Assembly (NCBI RefSeq): GCF_018977255.1
Contig: NW_024704743.1
Span: 77,006,001-77,070,000, forward strand
Origin: Callorhinchus milii
Taxonomy: Eukaryota
Direction of reading: 5' to 3'
Length of the DNA: 64,000 nucleotides
The position numbers and the translations under genes are program-made. The notes below the pieces were generated by a model. The model ran no database searches. It saw only the letters and a program-made list of their open reading frames with translations, and was not told the origin of the DNA. Positions 63,251 through 64,000 of the stretch are shown here, in pieces; position 1 is the first letter of the stretch, and each line of letters starts with the position of its first letter.

Positions 63251-64000
63251 GTTTCAGTGATGAAATTGGATAAAATTTTGAAGGTGAGAAGATTGGGTGA
63301 TAGGTTGAGATGGTATTTCAAAATGAGAAAGATCAGACATTCTGTAATAGTCTTTCCGGTCATGCACATTCCCACCCTTCCTACGTGTTACGCATCCTTT
63401 TTCCTAAGAATACTTTCTGTGTCACAGCTTGCACAGTGCAGCTACGATACGTCACTAAAATAGCTGTTCACTGTCAAAGAAAATCTCCAGAAATAGAATC
63501 CAGCTTGGTATGGATTTTATTTTGAACCGTGATTCTTCTCGGGTGTTTCAACACTTTGGGATGTCCTCCCGACATGAAAGGCAAGATACAAATGTACTTT
63601 GTTGTTGTTGAACCAACCACTGGAAATGGAGGTGGCTGGTATTGAATCATAGAAATGACAACACAGTAGAACACTCAGCCCATCAAGCAATGCCTGTTCC
63701 AGCCCCTTCATGGGAGCTATATACTCCAATAACATGTACCCTTTTATATTGGTGTTTAAATTTCAAAATTCATAAAAGGATCTGTAAATCTGGAATGTCA
63801 CTCACATGTCCATCTCTGTCAGCGTTCAAGCCCACAATCTGAAAGTCCAAACTGAGATTGGCTTCTGAGATGAGTTCCAGAGAGAAACATCTGTTTATTA
63901 AACATTTTGTGGAATCTTGTCATTTAAACCTAATTTCCTTTCAATGAAAACACTCCAGAAATAAAGATAAATTGCCATTTAAATCATAAGCTGCTGGCCA

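Overview
AT-rich, CpG-poor vertebrate genomic DNA. The repeat content points to a cartilaginous fish, most likely a chimaera such as elephant shark (inference): tRNA-headed Deu-domain SINEs with (ATT)n tails, L2 LINEs with (GTT)n tails, CR1 3' ends and shark-type Penelope-associated hairpins. I cannot support any intact protein-coding gene; the window looks intronic or intergenic. Every ORF with a recognisable motif is decayed retroelement ORF2 (L2, CR1, L1/Tx1, RTE). Notable structure: (1) two Penelope-type elements with decayed minimal hammerhead ribozyme cores, both flanked by direct repeats; (2) a four-copy retroposon family I cannot name, poly(A)-tailed, 5'-truncated and flanked by target-site duplications (TSDs); (3) nested insertions clustering at the same few bases of host repeats; (4) a young SINE subfamily whose 3' stem-loop matches the youngest L2; (5) a four-copy fold-back MITE family; (6) repeat-free blocks that look like conserved enhancers; (7) weak microexon candidates. 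Boundaries of old repeats are approximate (about 20-50 bp). No database searches were possible.
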